Positions 18,401-28,077 of a stretch of 49,611 nt of DNA are shown in pieces. Numbering within the stretch: the first letter of the stretch is position 1; each line of letters opens with the position of its first letter. A program made the position numbers and the translations under genes. Source of the DNA: Bacillota bacterium (lineage in GTDB: Bacteria > Bacillota > Clostridia > Christensenellales > WQRI01); assembly GCA_009786825.1 (NCBI GenBank), contig WQRI01000004.1:1-49611 (forward strand), given 5' to 3'. Below the pieces are notes generated by a model that was not told where the DNA came from, made no database searches, and saw only the letters and a program-made list of their open reading frames with translations.

Positions 18401-19619
18401 AATAGGGCAAAAATTTATTTCACAACCAAGTATTGTTGGCGACTTGAAAAATTTGATTGAGCAAGAAAACTTCAACAACGGTATGCGAGCTGTTGTGATG
18501 AGCTACAAAGAAGGTGAGTTAAGCAAACTTGCAACAAGCTTAGGTTACAATTATCTAGAACTTCTTATGCAGAGTTTTAAGCAAGATGCAGGGAGCTGGG
18601 CGTGGGACAAAGAGACAGGTCTTAGCCAAGTAAAAAGCTTGATAGAGTGGTTAGAGTTAGTTCAAGTTTCTAAGGTAGTGGGTGTTCAAGTATCAAAGAC
18701 TGAAGGCTCTGCCAAAAATGCACTAGTAGATAGTTGGAGAATTGAACTGGAGGCATTTAAAGTGCCTAGTGAAATATTAAAAGATTTTGAGGTTGACACA
18801 GTACTTCTAGATAGCTTGAAGGAAATGTATGTTCAACGAACGATACACCATTCAAGTAAATTTTTAGAATTACTAAAGGCTCACAAGGATAAGCTAAAAG
18901 ACTTGCTAGCACACAAAGCAAGTTATTTCAACAAGTTTTTGACTGCACAATTCACACGAATATCTGCACAAGAGCAAAATGCAATTTACGACAAAGCGCA
19001 CCAAGGACAATTTGCAAAGGACAAGGACAGCTATATGGCTCATATTTCGCAAATTGTGACGGAACACGCACAAGATTCAGGCAGGGAAAAGCTGCGAGCT
19101 ATATGGTTTGACAAAACAGGAAGTAATACCCCAAGAGAGTGGTCAAGCAAAAGCCAAACGCCAGCGTTGATATTTTGTGGTGTAGAAGAGATAAGCAAGG
19201 CGAAGAGGTCTTTCGGTATAATCAATGGAAATTTAATCCAACCATCAGGCAAAGATATTGAAGAAGGATTACAATTTTTGAGTTCTCTAGACTGGTTGTG
19301 CAAACTTAGCGACAAGAGTTTTGTCGATAGTAAGTTTGGAGAGGTAATCATTGGCAGGTATATAGGCTTGGTAGGTGTTAACGAGGCTAGAAAATATCTT
19401 TCAGATAAACTAATAGAGCACCCATATGACTGGTTTGATAGTAAACAAGTTCAAGACAAAGTGCGTGAAATTGCAGAAGTGAACTATAAAAAAGATGGTA
19501 TCAGTAGAGCAATAGAAGCAGTTGACCGAATTGGCGACCCACAAAAGCTAAGAGACTATATTAAACGACTAATTAAAGATAGCTTAGATGTTGGCATTCA
19601 GATTATGAAAGAAGAGTAA
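15438..19619 (+). CDS. brxC: BrxC/PglY-like large ATPase (likely start ATG 15459)
   Basis: Walker A GVYGTGKT, Walker B FFWDE, LPIHPYS and SNQRSIF motifs; operon position. Confidence 0.8.
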   Translation: MYIRKHIMSNYKEYFNIEDKQAVMDKAQFEKNPQLVTNFYPHKDFVKLLEDTQKVLSRQEKKSIWIEGVYGTGKTHAVLTLQNLLDCNEAELVSYFDSFQQNLSKELKDKYVRLKQTIKILTAFKSGDSGLHTQDDLIPALQMTISKRLKEKGLIEAEGALKEAGVRWLKDATNAKIFQTLIDEDVDKTFTNPNTVEGILKVLESEDEDAILGMVQKCSILAKNRNIDLFTPNLEEFKAWVNKVIEVNKLTALVFFWDELTKFFENSTSLVVFQEIAQMSMLDSPFILIPVTHSIDEKVLGDSKSAESKKIRDRFIVRSLALSSNIAIELMANALRKNEARKSEWEGVENTLNDRVDKVRKIVANSIKAKEEHIRGVLPIHPYSTLVLKHLAKEVASNQRSIFTFIADNEDKRSFKYFLANNKPHMLLTVPHLWHFFYEGVSLNNTTTRSVMQAFNNAKISKLNDKEQMVLKAILLLIATSKSLMDSDELLLPTEDNLRLVFEGCEVITVNNAVNIANSLLKDNYILTKTQSGKTKYDVSSDHIDTSRLKEEKEKISLSTKELAEDAELGNILAYKKPLELRFDTKMSSVNDFSREVGALNNSSPASNKIYVRFCIASSQIEANKVREKIAEASKNIKGSNLDFVLVDASRAFLSDQDREEYKTYKARENILRDSNRADSQNYARQANQVLNRWKDSFKKEKFVLHILSEGRQIEATGLAEVLEQLYKLNARLYPYAPENIGSFVDTLFPINNRRQAADLGILEDRAKPTGAFSGGKTQIASTLDGAWMVSDYWVYRPELPISKIKKEVDLFIENSQSNTREVSLNALMEHLSQKPYGFLGHSISAFFLGFLLKEYAREEGYTYRFGDVDEPLTESNLQTAIVTAIENISQAELKKKPIYIGKQSEQANAFAEKSQIIFNLRDLSLSVAKVRENLRQKMQDFVFPLWALKESGSFPKQVENILDMYIGILNTRNFESGTDTEYNIASKIGQKFISQPSIVGDLKNLIEQENFNNGMRAVVMSYKEGELSKLATSLGYNYLELLMQSFKQDAGSWAWDKETGLSQVKSLIEWLELVQVSKVVGVQVSKTEGSAKNALVDSWRIELEAFKVPSEILKDFEVDTVLLDSLKEMYVQRTIHHSSKFLELLKAHKDKLKDLLAHKASYFNKFLTAQFTRISAQEQNAIYDKAHQGQFAKDKDSYMAHISQIVTEHAQDSGREKLRAIWFDKTGSNTPREWSSKSQTPALIFCGVEEISKAKRSFGIINGNLIQPSGKDIEEGLQFLSSLDWLCKLSDKSFVDSKFGEVIIGRYIGLVGVNEARKYLSDKLIEHPYDWFDSKQVQDKVREIAEVNYKKDGISRAIEAVDRIGDPQKLRDYIKRLIKDSLDVGIQIMKEE

Positions 19620-19668
19620 CCTAACAACCGCTGGCATAAGTTGTTATACCTTAAAGCAAGAGAAAAAT

Positions 19669-21765
19669 ATGGTAAGTAAAAGTTATAAAAGCCTAGAGCA
19701 AGCAACAAAGATTATAAGTGGAGCTTCAAACAAAACTCCATTTATAGTCAATGTAAACAGCAGCGAGCAGTACAAGGAAGTGTACTCAAAGTTTAAACAC
19801 CTTGAGACTATTAGGCTTTCTTCTTATATAGTTGCCGACAACCCGCACCCTTGTTTGCAAAACTTGAATAGTGCAGTTAGTAATAGTGCAAAGCCTGCTC
19901 TAGTATTGGGGTTTACACAATACCTTGCGTTTATTGGAAAAGAAAAGCCAATAGAAGACTTTTTGATAAAAACGATAAATGAAACCAACAAGATTATAAT
20001 ACTTACTTTTAATCTAGAAAACTTGCTTGTGAAGTTAGCAAAAGACCCACGCATCGAAAAGAACATCTTATTTATAGAAAGTAGTCGGGCAGTAGAGCAT
20101 CCTAAGATAACAATTTCACAAGGTGCAAAAGACTCACTAAGAATTTTTTTTGAAACCTTAGAAACTGAGGGTTTGCATATTGGGCGAGTGAATGATGTAG
20201 ACGTGAAATCTTTCAAAGACGGCATATGGTCTGTACGGGCAGAATCAAATTATGATATACTTATTAATTCAGGCATATTTGCGGGAGTTTCTGTTGAAGA
20301 AGAGTTTGGAACTAATGAGCAGTGGGAGTTTTTAAACGGGCTACTGAGTAATAAGCATGGCACAAGCACTCTACAAAGTGCTTATCTTTCACTTTTTGTC
20401 AAACAGACTATAGAGAGCATACTTAAAAATTACGATAAACTTGATAGTGACCAAAAGTGGTTTCTGTGGCTGTGTAGTAGGCACGCTACTGAAAACAAAT
20501 ACTTGTCTTTTGCTTTAGAAAAAACAAAATGTAGCACTGACTTTTTACCTAGTATATATGAAGCAATCTTAGATGTGAACTTCAAGGACAAACGGTTCGC
20601 GGGCTTCTACAAGGAAAGAAAAGAGTTGCTTTGCGCTCTTATTAAGAGTAAAGACCACATAAAGCTTTTGAAGAGTTACATAGAGCAAGTAGTCGCAATG
20701 AGTTCGGCAGATAAGGCATACTACTTAACAGACTTAACGCCAACAGAGAGGGAAACGCTTATAAGAACAATAGTGGAAAACAGATATAGCCCTACAGACT
20801 TGCGTAAAATTTTGTCTCATGCTGATAGCAAGCTTTCTGCATATATGAGTTCGTGGACAAGCGATAATGAGCAAATCGATAATTATGTAAGCGCTTACTT
20901 TGACGAGGGCGGATACAAGTACCACAAACTGACGAACCAAGTAACAAACAACTTCTTACAGACTGTAGACTCGAACGCAAGAGAAAGGCAGTATAATAAA
21001 TTGCTTGACACTACAGCACAGGTTTTTTCATCAATAAACAAAGACAAGTCTAAGGTTTATTTTATAGACTCACTAGGATTTGAGTTTGTTGGATATATTG
21101 TAAACAGAACTAGCGAGTTGGGGATAGATTCAAAAGTTACACCAGCAAGGTGCAACTTGCCATCCAGTACAGAGTTCAACAAGCAGTTTTTGAGTGATTA
21201 CAAAGTGGGTGAAAAGAATTATGTAGAGAAGGAATACTTAGACAAACTTAAGCACGGCAAAAACAAGGATGCAACTTTTAGTAAAACAGACTTGCCGATA
21301 CACTTACTGTCCGAACTAGATATAATTGACAAAATAATTGAAAATATAGCAAGAGATTTAGCTAGTTCGAGTTTTGATAAAGTCTTAATTGTTACAGACC
21401 ACGGTTCATCAAGATTGTTTGTGCTTGCTAGAAATAGTGGTGTTTCAAGTCTGGTTGTACAAGCTTCTGGTGGAAGCGGTAGATTTTTGACGCATGATAC
21501 ATATAAAATTTTAAACATAAATGAGTCTCATAAGGCAAGTATAACAATCGAAGACGAGCATGCGATAATAGCGAGCTATAACTATTTTAACAAGCAGTCC
21601 CTAGGAGTTGAAGCCCACGGTGGGGCTACGGTTGAAGAGGTTGTTGTTCCTGTGATTGAGTTTACACTACAAAAAGCAGTCTCATTGCATACACAAATAA
21701 AGAAAGAAGACAAGCAGCCAAAAGGAGAGAAGTCGGCTGCTAAGATAGTGGATCTAGGTATTTAA
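19669..21765 (+). CDS. pglZ: BREX-4 PglZ phosphatase-fold protein
   Basis: FIDSLG, LPSSTEFN, LDKLKH, VTDHGSSR, HGGATVEEVVVP. Confidence 0.9.
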   Translation: MVSKSYKSLEQATKIISGASNKTPFIVNVNSSEQYKEVYSKFKHLETIRLSSYIVADNPHPCLQNLNSAVSNSAKPALVLGFTQYLAFIGKEKPIEDFLIKTINETNKIIILTFNLENLLVKLAKDPRIEKNILFIESSRAVEHPKITISQGAKDSLRIFFETLETEGLHIGRVNDVDVKSFKDGIWSVRAESNYDILINSGIFAGVSVEEEFGTNEQWEFLNGLLSNKHGTSTLQSAYLSLFVKQTIESILKNYDKLDSDQKWFLWLCSRHATENKYLSFALEKTKCSTDFLPSIYEAILDVNFKDKRFAGFYKERKELLCALIKSKDHIKLLKSYIEQVVAMSSADKAYYLTDLTPTERETLIRTIVENRYSPTDLRKILSHADSKLSAYMSSWTSDNEQIDNYVSAYFDEGGYKYHKLTNQVTNNFLQTVDSNARERQYNKLLDTTAQVFSSINKDKSKVYFIDSLGFEFVGYIVNRTSELGIDSKVTPARCNLPSSTEFNKQFLSDYKVGEKNYVEKEYLDKLKHGKNKDATFSKTDLPIHLLSELDIIDKIIENIARDLASSSFDKVLIVTDHGSSRLFVLARNSGVSSLVVQASGGSGRFLTHDTYKILNINESHKASITIEDEHAIIASYNYFNKQSLGVEAHGGATVEEVVVPVIEFTLQKAVSLHTQIKKEDKQPKGEKSAAKIVDLGI

Positions 21766-21792
21766 AAGTATTATAATAGGAGTTAGAGCGAC

Positions 21793-23265
21793 ATGGGCGA
21801 AGCAATAATTACACTTGAAAAAAAACTGAAGGATAGTTTTCCAGAAATGGTAGTTTATAAAGACCTTAAAAAGTCAAACTTTTTTAATTCTTTAACACTA
21901 CCTAGCTTTATGCGAGACTGGCTAATAAAACGTTTTCAAGCGGAAGACGGGTTTTTGGGTGAAGAGCAAATTGAAAATATACGCAACTTTATTGATACAT
22001 ATATTCCTAGAACAAAACAAGACTGGAATAAAATCAAGAGCAGAATAATTAACGAATCAGAGAGGGTTAAGATTTTAGCCAAGATAAGTGTAGATATAGA
22101 TATAAAAACAGGGTGGCGTTTTTTTACCCTTTCTGACTTCGGGCTAGGTAAGGCAGACACTGGTATCCCAAATAATGTATGGTATGATTTTTCCGATGAC
22201 TTTTTAGCGGCAAACGAGATTTGGGGTATAGTTGAATTGGCGTATTTGCCAAAAGACTATTCGGAAGATAAAAAAGGCAAGATAATAATTACAGACTTTA
22301 AAAAGTTTTGTCCATATCAAATAGACCTCAACTTTTACAAAGAGGCACGGAAAAACTTCACGATAGATGAGTGGTTTGATGTTTTGTTGGGTGCAATAGA
22401 TTACAACCCAAGCGGGTATAAGGAAAGAGTTCATAAGCGCACAATGCTTTCTCGATTACTGCCATTTGTTGAAAAGCGATTAAACTTAGTTGAGTTAGCC
22501 CCGAAAGGAACAGGAAAATCGTATGTGTTTGAAAGACTATCAAGGTTTGGCTATTTGGTAGGTGGGGGTAAACTCTCACGAGCTAAGTTGTTTTATGATA
22601 GGTCAAAAAAATCAAGGGGATTAATATTTTCTAATGACTTTGTAGCGTTAGATGAAATTCAAACCATATCAGCAAGTGATCCAAATGATATTAGAAGTGC
22701 GTTAAAAACATATATGGAAAGTGGGCAGTACAGCGGCGATGACTTTAGAGGTGTCGCAGATGCAGGAATTATACTATTAGGAAATATTGAATCAAGAAAT
22801 ATGGACGAGTACACGGATTTATTTTTTGAACTACCAAACCTATTTAAAGAAAGCGCGCTGATTGACCGCTTCCACGGATTTATAATGGGGTGGAATATTC
22901 CTAGAATGAACGATGATTTAAAGATGAATGGATTTGCCCTTAACTCAGAATACTTTACTTCAATAATGAATTTACTCAGAGATGATATAACTTATAGGCA
23001 AATTGTGGATGAAATAATCGAAGTGCCTAAGCACGCAGACACAAGGGATACAGAGGCGATTAAAAGAACAGCAACAGCATTTTTGAAGTTATTTTTCCCA
23101 AATGTTCAGTCTCCTAGCGGTATAGTTGCACACGAATTTGAAGAATATTGTTTGCGCCCCGCGTCAAAAATGCGTGAGATTATCAAATACCAAATGGGGA
23201 AGTTAGATGATGAATTTAAAGGGAAAGATATTCCCAACTTGTTATTAAAGGAAAAATTTAGATAG
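21793..23265 (+). CDS. brxL: BrxL-like AAA+ protein without the Lon protease domain
   Basis: RLLPFVE, ELAPKGTGKS, VALDEIQ, SALIDRFHG..GW, RDTEAIKR. Confidence 0.9.
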   Translation: MGEAIITLEKKLKDSFPEMVVYKDLKKSNFFNSLTLPSFMRDWLIKRFQAEDGFLGEEQIENIRNFIDTYIPRTKQDWNKIKSRIINESERVKILAKISVDIDIKTGWRFFTLSDFGLGKADTGIPNNVWYDFSDDFLAANEIWGIVELAYLPKDYSEDKKGKIIITDFKKFCPYQIDLNFYKEARKNFTIDEWFDVLLGAIDYNPSGYKERVHKRTMLSRLLPFVEKRLNLVELAPKGTGKSYVFERLSRFGYLVGGGKLSRAKLFYDRSKKSRGLIFSNDFVALDEIQTISASDPNDIRSALKTYMESGQYSGDDFRGVADAGIILLGNIESRNMDEYTDLFFELPNLFKESALIDRFHGFIMGWNIPRMNDDLKMNGFALNSEYFTSIMNLLRDDITYRQIVDEIIEVPKHADTRDTEAIKRTATAFLKLFFPNVQSPSGIVAHEFEEYCLRPASKMREIIKYQMGKLDDEFKGKDIPNLLLKEKFR

Positions 23266-23275
23266 AGAGGAGAAA

Positions 23276-23482
23276 ATGTCTAAGCCGATTGTTAAATGTT
23301 TTTCGTGCAGGATGCACCCAATTTCTAAAGATGAGTTGTCAATATGTAAAAAAATGTTAGGCAGAAAAACAGAGAATTATTTTTGCTTAACTTGCTTGGC
23401 AGATTTTTTACACGTTGCAGAAGAAGACATTTTAGATAAGATTGAGCAGTTTAAAGGAGAAGGGTGTGTTTTGTTCAAGTAA
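23276..23482 (+). CDS. Small Cys-rich (CxxC...CxxC...GCxLF) protein closing the BREX operon
   Basis: GAGGAG RBS, 10 bp after the brxL stop, six Cys in 68 aa. Confidence 0.75.
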   Translation: MSKPIVKCFSCRMHPISKDELSICKKMLGRKTENYFCLTCLADFLHVAEEDILDKIEQFKGEGCVLFK

Positions 23483-23559
23483 TTTTTATGGTTATGAATT
23501 AGGTCATAAAAAAGTAGATGGCGAAGGTTAGCAGCAAAACACAAAAAATACAAACAACA

Positions 23560-23596
23560 AAAAAAGAAAGGTTTAAATAAATGACCTTTCTTTTTT
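23560..23596 (+). terminator. Terminator after the BREX operon
   Basis: AAAAAAGAAAGGT / ACCTTTCTTTTTT inverted repeat. Confidence 0.7.
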
Positions 23597-23628
23597 GTTT
23601 TATCATTTGTATGACATAGCAGTTAGCC

Positions 23629-24162
23629 AGTAGAATATAGTAGGGGGCTATTTTTTCTATTAAAAAGTTTGTTGAAATGGCACTTATGTTGTCAAAAATT
23701 CCGTAAGTTTTTATGTTGCTGGACTATTAGAAAGGGGGGAGTTTTTTTATTAAGCAAAAGTTATTTGAAAAACTTTTCAAAAAGGGGGTTGACTTTTGGC
23801 GTTTTCGTGGCTTTATTATAGAGGGGTATTTTTTTCGCAGGGGATAAGCGACAAAAATTATTAAAAAAGTTTTGAAAAAAACCTAACCAAACAGCGTTTT
23901 TCGTGGCTATATATAGAGGGGTTTTTAAAAAATAGTTGTTGGTGCTTACTTATATTAGGCTTTATTGCGGTAGTAGAATATAGTAGGGGGATAAAAAAAG
24001 ATTAGCGAATTGTTAGAAATTTTGTAAGGTTGGTTGTGTGAGAGGGCAGTTTCAAGGTAAGCAGTAGTAAGGGGATTTTGTCATATTAGCAGTATGCAAA
24101 TAAAAACTTTTTGTAAAAGTGGTTGCCAAAGTGCCATTCTCGTGGCTTTTATATAGAGGGGT
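23629..24162 (+). repeat. Non-coding array of dispersed direct repeats ending in G-runs
   Basis: TCGTGGCT(W)nTATAGAGGGGT at 23805, 23901, 24140; AGTAGAATATAGTAGGGGG at 23629 and 23972. Confidence 0.85.
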
Positions 24163-24300
24163 TTTTCTAACCACTTTTAAAATCTAGGTTAGCAGGAGGG
24201 AGAAATGAAAACAAAAGGTTTACATAGTGCAAACAATAATAGCGCATTTAAAGCGGAAACAAGCGACTATACAAACGAAAAAACCTGCTAGGCGGATAAA

Positions 24301-24394
24301 GCGGAAGCCACGCATATAGCGGTTTAGCGGTGCGTGGCTTCCGCCGCCGTAGGCGGCGGAATTGGCTAATGTTTTTATTATTACCATTAGCCAA
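24301..24394 (+). other. Rolling-circle origin 2: three hairpins, the last with a TATTATTAC loop
   Basis: 14-bp stem 24301-24314/24331-24344; stem 24340-24348/24352-24360; 10-bp stem 24362-24371/24385-24394 with the nonamer at 24376-24384. Confidence 0.88.
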
Positions 24395-24583
24395 CATAGT
24401 AACAACGAAACGAAACCGAGCGTTTCACGGAGTGTTTTACCATTACATTTTAAAGTTATTATGGCTACATTAATCAGACTTTAATGGTTTGATAATTAAC
24501 ACATAATCAGAATTACTTTTTGCTAAATGCAGAAAAGTAAGTGATAACATGAAAAAAGAAAAGAGAAAGGAGGATTTGAAAAT

Positions 24584-25743
24584 TTGGAAACAAATGAAAC
24601 ACGACAAGACTATGGTCTTGAAAACACACAAAGCAATGACTTAGAAAACGACTATGGCTTGAGTGCCTTAAAGGAAGAGGCAGAGCCAAAAGTGGACACA
24701 ATGTATAGGAATTGGATGTTTACAATTAACAACCCAGAGCAAACGGAAGCGGAGATTTATACATACTTGTCTAACCTAGACCATGTGAAATACTTTATAT
24801 TCGCAAAAGAAAAAGAGAGCACCGAACATTATCAAGGTTACATAGAATTTTCGCAACCTGTAAGATTTAGCCGAATGCAAAGAGATTTTTCTAAGCCTCA
24901 CATTCTGCCAGGCGGACACCTTGAGAGGCGCAAGGGTAAACGCTCACAAGCAAGAGACTACATTCTCAAACTAGGCAAGTATGCCGACAAGGCTCACACA
25001 AGAATTGGCGAAATTCAAGAGTACGGCGAATACATAGAGGATGGTCAACGAACCGACCTTGAAGACTTGGTGCATATGGTTAAAGAAAACCTAAGTGATT
25101 ACGAGATAGCAGAGCAAATGCCAAACGCCTTTGTTAGATATGGCAAGTTATTGATATGGTTCGCCGCGCTTACATTGAAGAAGAGTTTGGCAAAAAGCCA
25201 CGCCTTGACTTACAAGTAACCTACATTTATGGCGGAACAGGCAAAGGCAAAACACGCTATGTTATGGACAAATATGGCTATCACAATGTGTTCAGAGTAA
25301 TTGACTACGACAGAGGCACATTTGATGACTACAAAACCCACAAGGTCATTGTAATGGAAGAGTTTCGCTCATCCCTTAAAATCACCGACATGCTAAACTA
25401 CCTAGACATTTACCCAACACCACTAAAGGCACGCTTTAAAAACAAAATTGCATGCTACAACAAAGTTTACATTCTATCCAACATACCGCTTGAGAGCCAG
25501 TACAAAAACATTCAAACAGAAGAGCCAGAAACTTGGAAAGCCTTCAAACGCAGAATACATAGAATTATAAACTGGGACAAGACACTTGCCGTGTCGGGCG
25601 GTGTCTTAACAGAGCAGTCTAAAATCACTCAAGCCACATTAATCAGCGGTAAGGAATGCCAAAGTATGAAACCAATAATAACCGCAAGCGGAAATATCCT
25701 TATCCCACTGTCCCCAACAGAAGAGGATGAACTGCCGTTTTAA
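24584..25743 (+). pseudogene. rep: Second CRESS-type Rep, split by a 1-nt deletion near 25147-25151
   Basis: HUH motifs in 24584-25219 and SF3 motifs in 25156-25743, collinear with Rep1; AAAGGAGG RBS + TTG. Confidence 0.85.
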
Positions 25744-25786
25744 ACCGTGTGTTCCACGATTTGTCTAAGACTTGTGGAGGCTAATG

Positions 25787-25828
25787 GCATAACCGCAAGT
25801 GGACAAACAAGTTTTGTTTTGAGTTGAC
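25787..25828 (+). pseudogene. 3' remnant of the deleted methyltransferase
   Basis: GGCATAACCGCAAGTGGACAAACAAGTTTTGTTTTGAGTTGA matches the end of the MTase at 5953-5994 (GITASGQTSFVLS*). Confidence 0.85.
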
Positions 25829-25840
25829 ATAAAATGTGGA

Positions 25841-26143
25841 ATGTTAGAAAATTTGTTGATTGGTTGTGCTGGGAGTAAAGAACTTGAAATAGGTGCTAAA
25901 GAATTTCAAGTGAAGGCTGAGGAATTTGAAATATGTGATAGGGCGTGTGGTGTTGAGAGTAAAGAAATTAAAGTAAGTAAACAGATTAAAGAGATAAGTG
26001 AGGATAGTGAAATGCAAGAAAAATTTAATAGACTGCTAAAAATAGGGGTGTATAAAGAGTTACATAAAAAAGGTTTGCTTAGTGACAGTCAATTGTCGGC
26101 GTTGGTTCATATGCAGAATAAACCTTTGAGAATATATTCGTAA
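25841..26143 (+). CDS. Paralog of 6008-6253 (SHOCT-like, candidate directionality factor)
   Basis: Near-identical N- and C-terminal blocks and same position. Confidence 0.65.
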   Translation: MLENLLIGCAGSKELEIGAKEFQVKAEEFEICDRACGVESKEIKVSKQIKEISEDSEMQEKFNRLLKIGVYKELHKKGLLSDSQLSALVHMQNKPLRIYS

Positions 26144-26213
26144 AACTAAATAAACTACTCTTTTTTCGGTTTGGAATTGTGGTGATTTAGGCTTAAAAAG
26201 AGACTAAGAACAC

Positions 26214-26284
26214 TTTACAATTCTTGCAAAATGTGGTATAATATATTATACACTAAAAGTATTTGCAAGGGTTGTTTAGGAGGT
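26214..26284 (+). promoter_or_regulatory. sigmaA promoter and RBS of LSR2
   Basis: TTTACA 26214-26219, 17-bp spacer, TATAAT 26237-26242, AGGAGGT. Confidence 0.7.
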
Positions 26285-26289
26285 AAAAT

Positions 26290-27965
26290 ATGAAACACTA
26301 AGCAAAATAATAGTGCCTCACGTGCAAACAATATACGCACACAGAGGACTAAATGCACATCACCCAAGCAAAATTATAGTCTCACCTTATTGCCGTGTTT
26401 CTACTGACAAAAACGACCAAGCAAACTCTTATGCAAGTCAAATTAGTTATTTCTCTGAATATATAAATAGGCAAGAAAACTGGGAACTGGGTCAAGTCTA
26501 CGCCGATGAAGGACTAAGTGGAACTAGTGTAAAAAAGCGCAAGCAGTTTAATAGAATGATAGAAGATGCCTTGAATGGCAAAATTAATCTTATTATAACT
26601 AAAGAGGTATCCCGCTTTGCAAGGAATACAGTTGACACACTAACTTATACACGAAAACTTAAAGAGCGCGGCGTTGGGGTATTTTTTGTAAGTGATAACA
26701 TTAATACTATGGACGCCGATGGCGAATTGCGACTTACCATAATGGCAAGTTTGGCACAAGAGGAAAGCCGAAAGACAAGTGAAAGGGTAAAGTGGGGACA
26801 GCGGCGGCAAATGGAAAAAGGTGTTGTATTTGGCAGAGACTTACTAGGCTACACAGTTAAAGGTGGTAAACTCTTTGTAAATGAGCAAGAAGCACTTATA
26901 ATACAGCAAATCTACAATAAGTATACCATAGAGGGCAAGGGAACTTGGGTCATAGCAAGAGAGTTATACGAGGCAGGGATTAAGTCAAAGCGTGTTAAAG
27001 AGTTTTCTAACACAATGATTTTGAAAGTGCTTAAAAATGAAAAGTATGTAGGCGACTTATTGCAAAAGAAAACTTTCACTCCAGATTATCTAACACAAAG
27101 TAAAAAGGTAAACAAAGGGCAGGAAGACAAAATTTACATAAGAGACAACCACGAACCTATAATTGAAAGGTGGCTTTGGGATAAGACACAACAAGAGTTA
27201 GAGAGGCGAAGCCCACCGCTTGAGCAAAAGCAAAGATACTCAAATAGATATTGGTGTAGCGGTAAGGTTAGATGCGAATGCGGACAACGATATGTTAGCA
27301 GAACAAAAGCACTACTAGGTGGAGTTATGCATAAAGCGTGGCGGTGCTTGTCGGCGGCTAATCACGGTACTGAAAAGTTGGGCGTGTTCGGCGAGCAGGT
27401 AGGTTGCAATAGCGCAAGTATAAATGACAAAAGCCTTTTAGCCTTGATGAGTGAGAGTATAAACTTTGTTCAGCAAAACAAGCAGTCTATAACAAAAGAG
27501 ATTTTGCGTGAGATAGAAAGTGTGCAAGAGAATGCAAAACCAGTTGACACAACGCACCATAAGCAAAGGCTTGAAGAGTTGCAAAACAAAAAGACTAAAG
27601 CAATTGACTTAATGCTTGATGGCATAATCACTAAACAAGACTTAAAAATTCAAGCACAGGGGTACGACAAAGAGATAGCGCACATTGCCACGCAACTTGA
27701 AAAGGTAGAGGCTCAAAACAACAAGGCGCGCCAGCAAACACTTGATTTAAGCGCATATGAAAGCCAGATAGAAAATATAATGCAGTTTGGTCAAGAAAAC
27801 GATTTGCTTTACAGAGAACTGCTAGACAAAATAGTTATACATAAAGATAAGTCTATAACTATCTACCTAAACAACTTAGCCAAAGGCATTAAAATTGAGT
27901 ACATAACAACAGGCAAAAAAGACACTTTCAAAGTGGCTATCCAAAGTTTAGAAATGGTTTCTTAA
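26290..27965 (+). CDS. Large serine recombinase 2; 1-nt deletion just after the RBS-linked ATG (open frame from GTG 26313)
   Basis: Same motifs as LSR1; ATG AAA CAC TAA versus ATG AAA CAA CTA in LSR1. Confidence 0.9.
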
Positions 27966-28077
27966 AGCAAAAACAATAAAAAATCAACTAAAATTCTTAG
28001 CATATACCACTAATAAAAACAACTAAAAACCAAAATCAGCAACTTAAAATATGCTTGAAAACTTATCCAAAAACCCT

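Noticed and set aside
13503-22579. Numerous short minus-strand ORFs within the BREX genes
   Set aside because: Antisense shadows of long, motif-bearing plus-strand genes, with no recognisable motifs of their own
23629-24162. Possible CRISPR array
   Set aside because: Repeats are of two types, degenerate, irregularly spaced and not palindromic; no cas genes in the window
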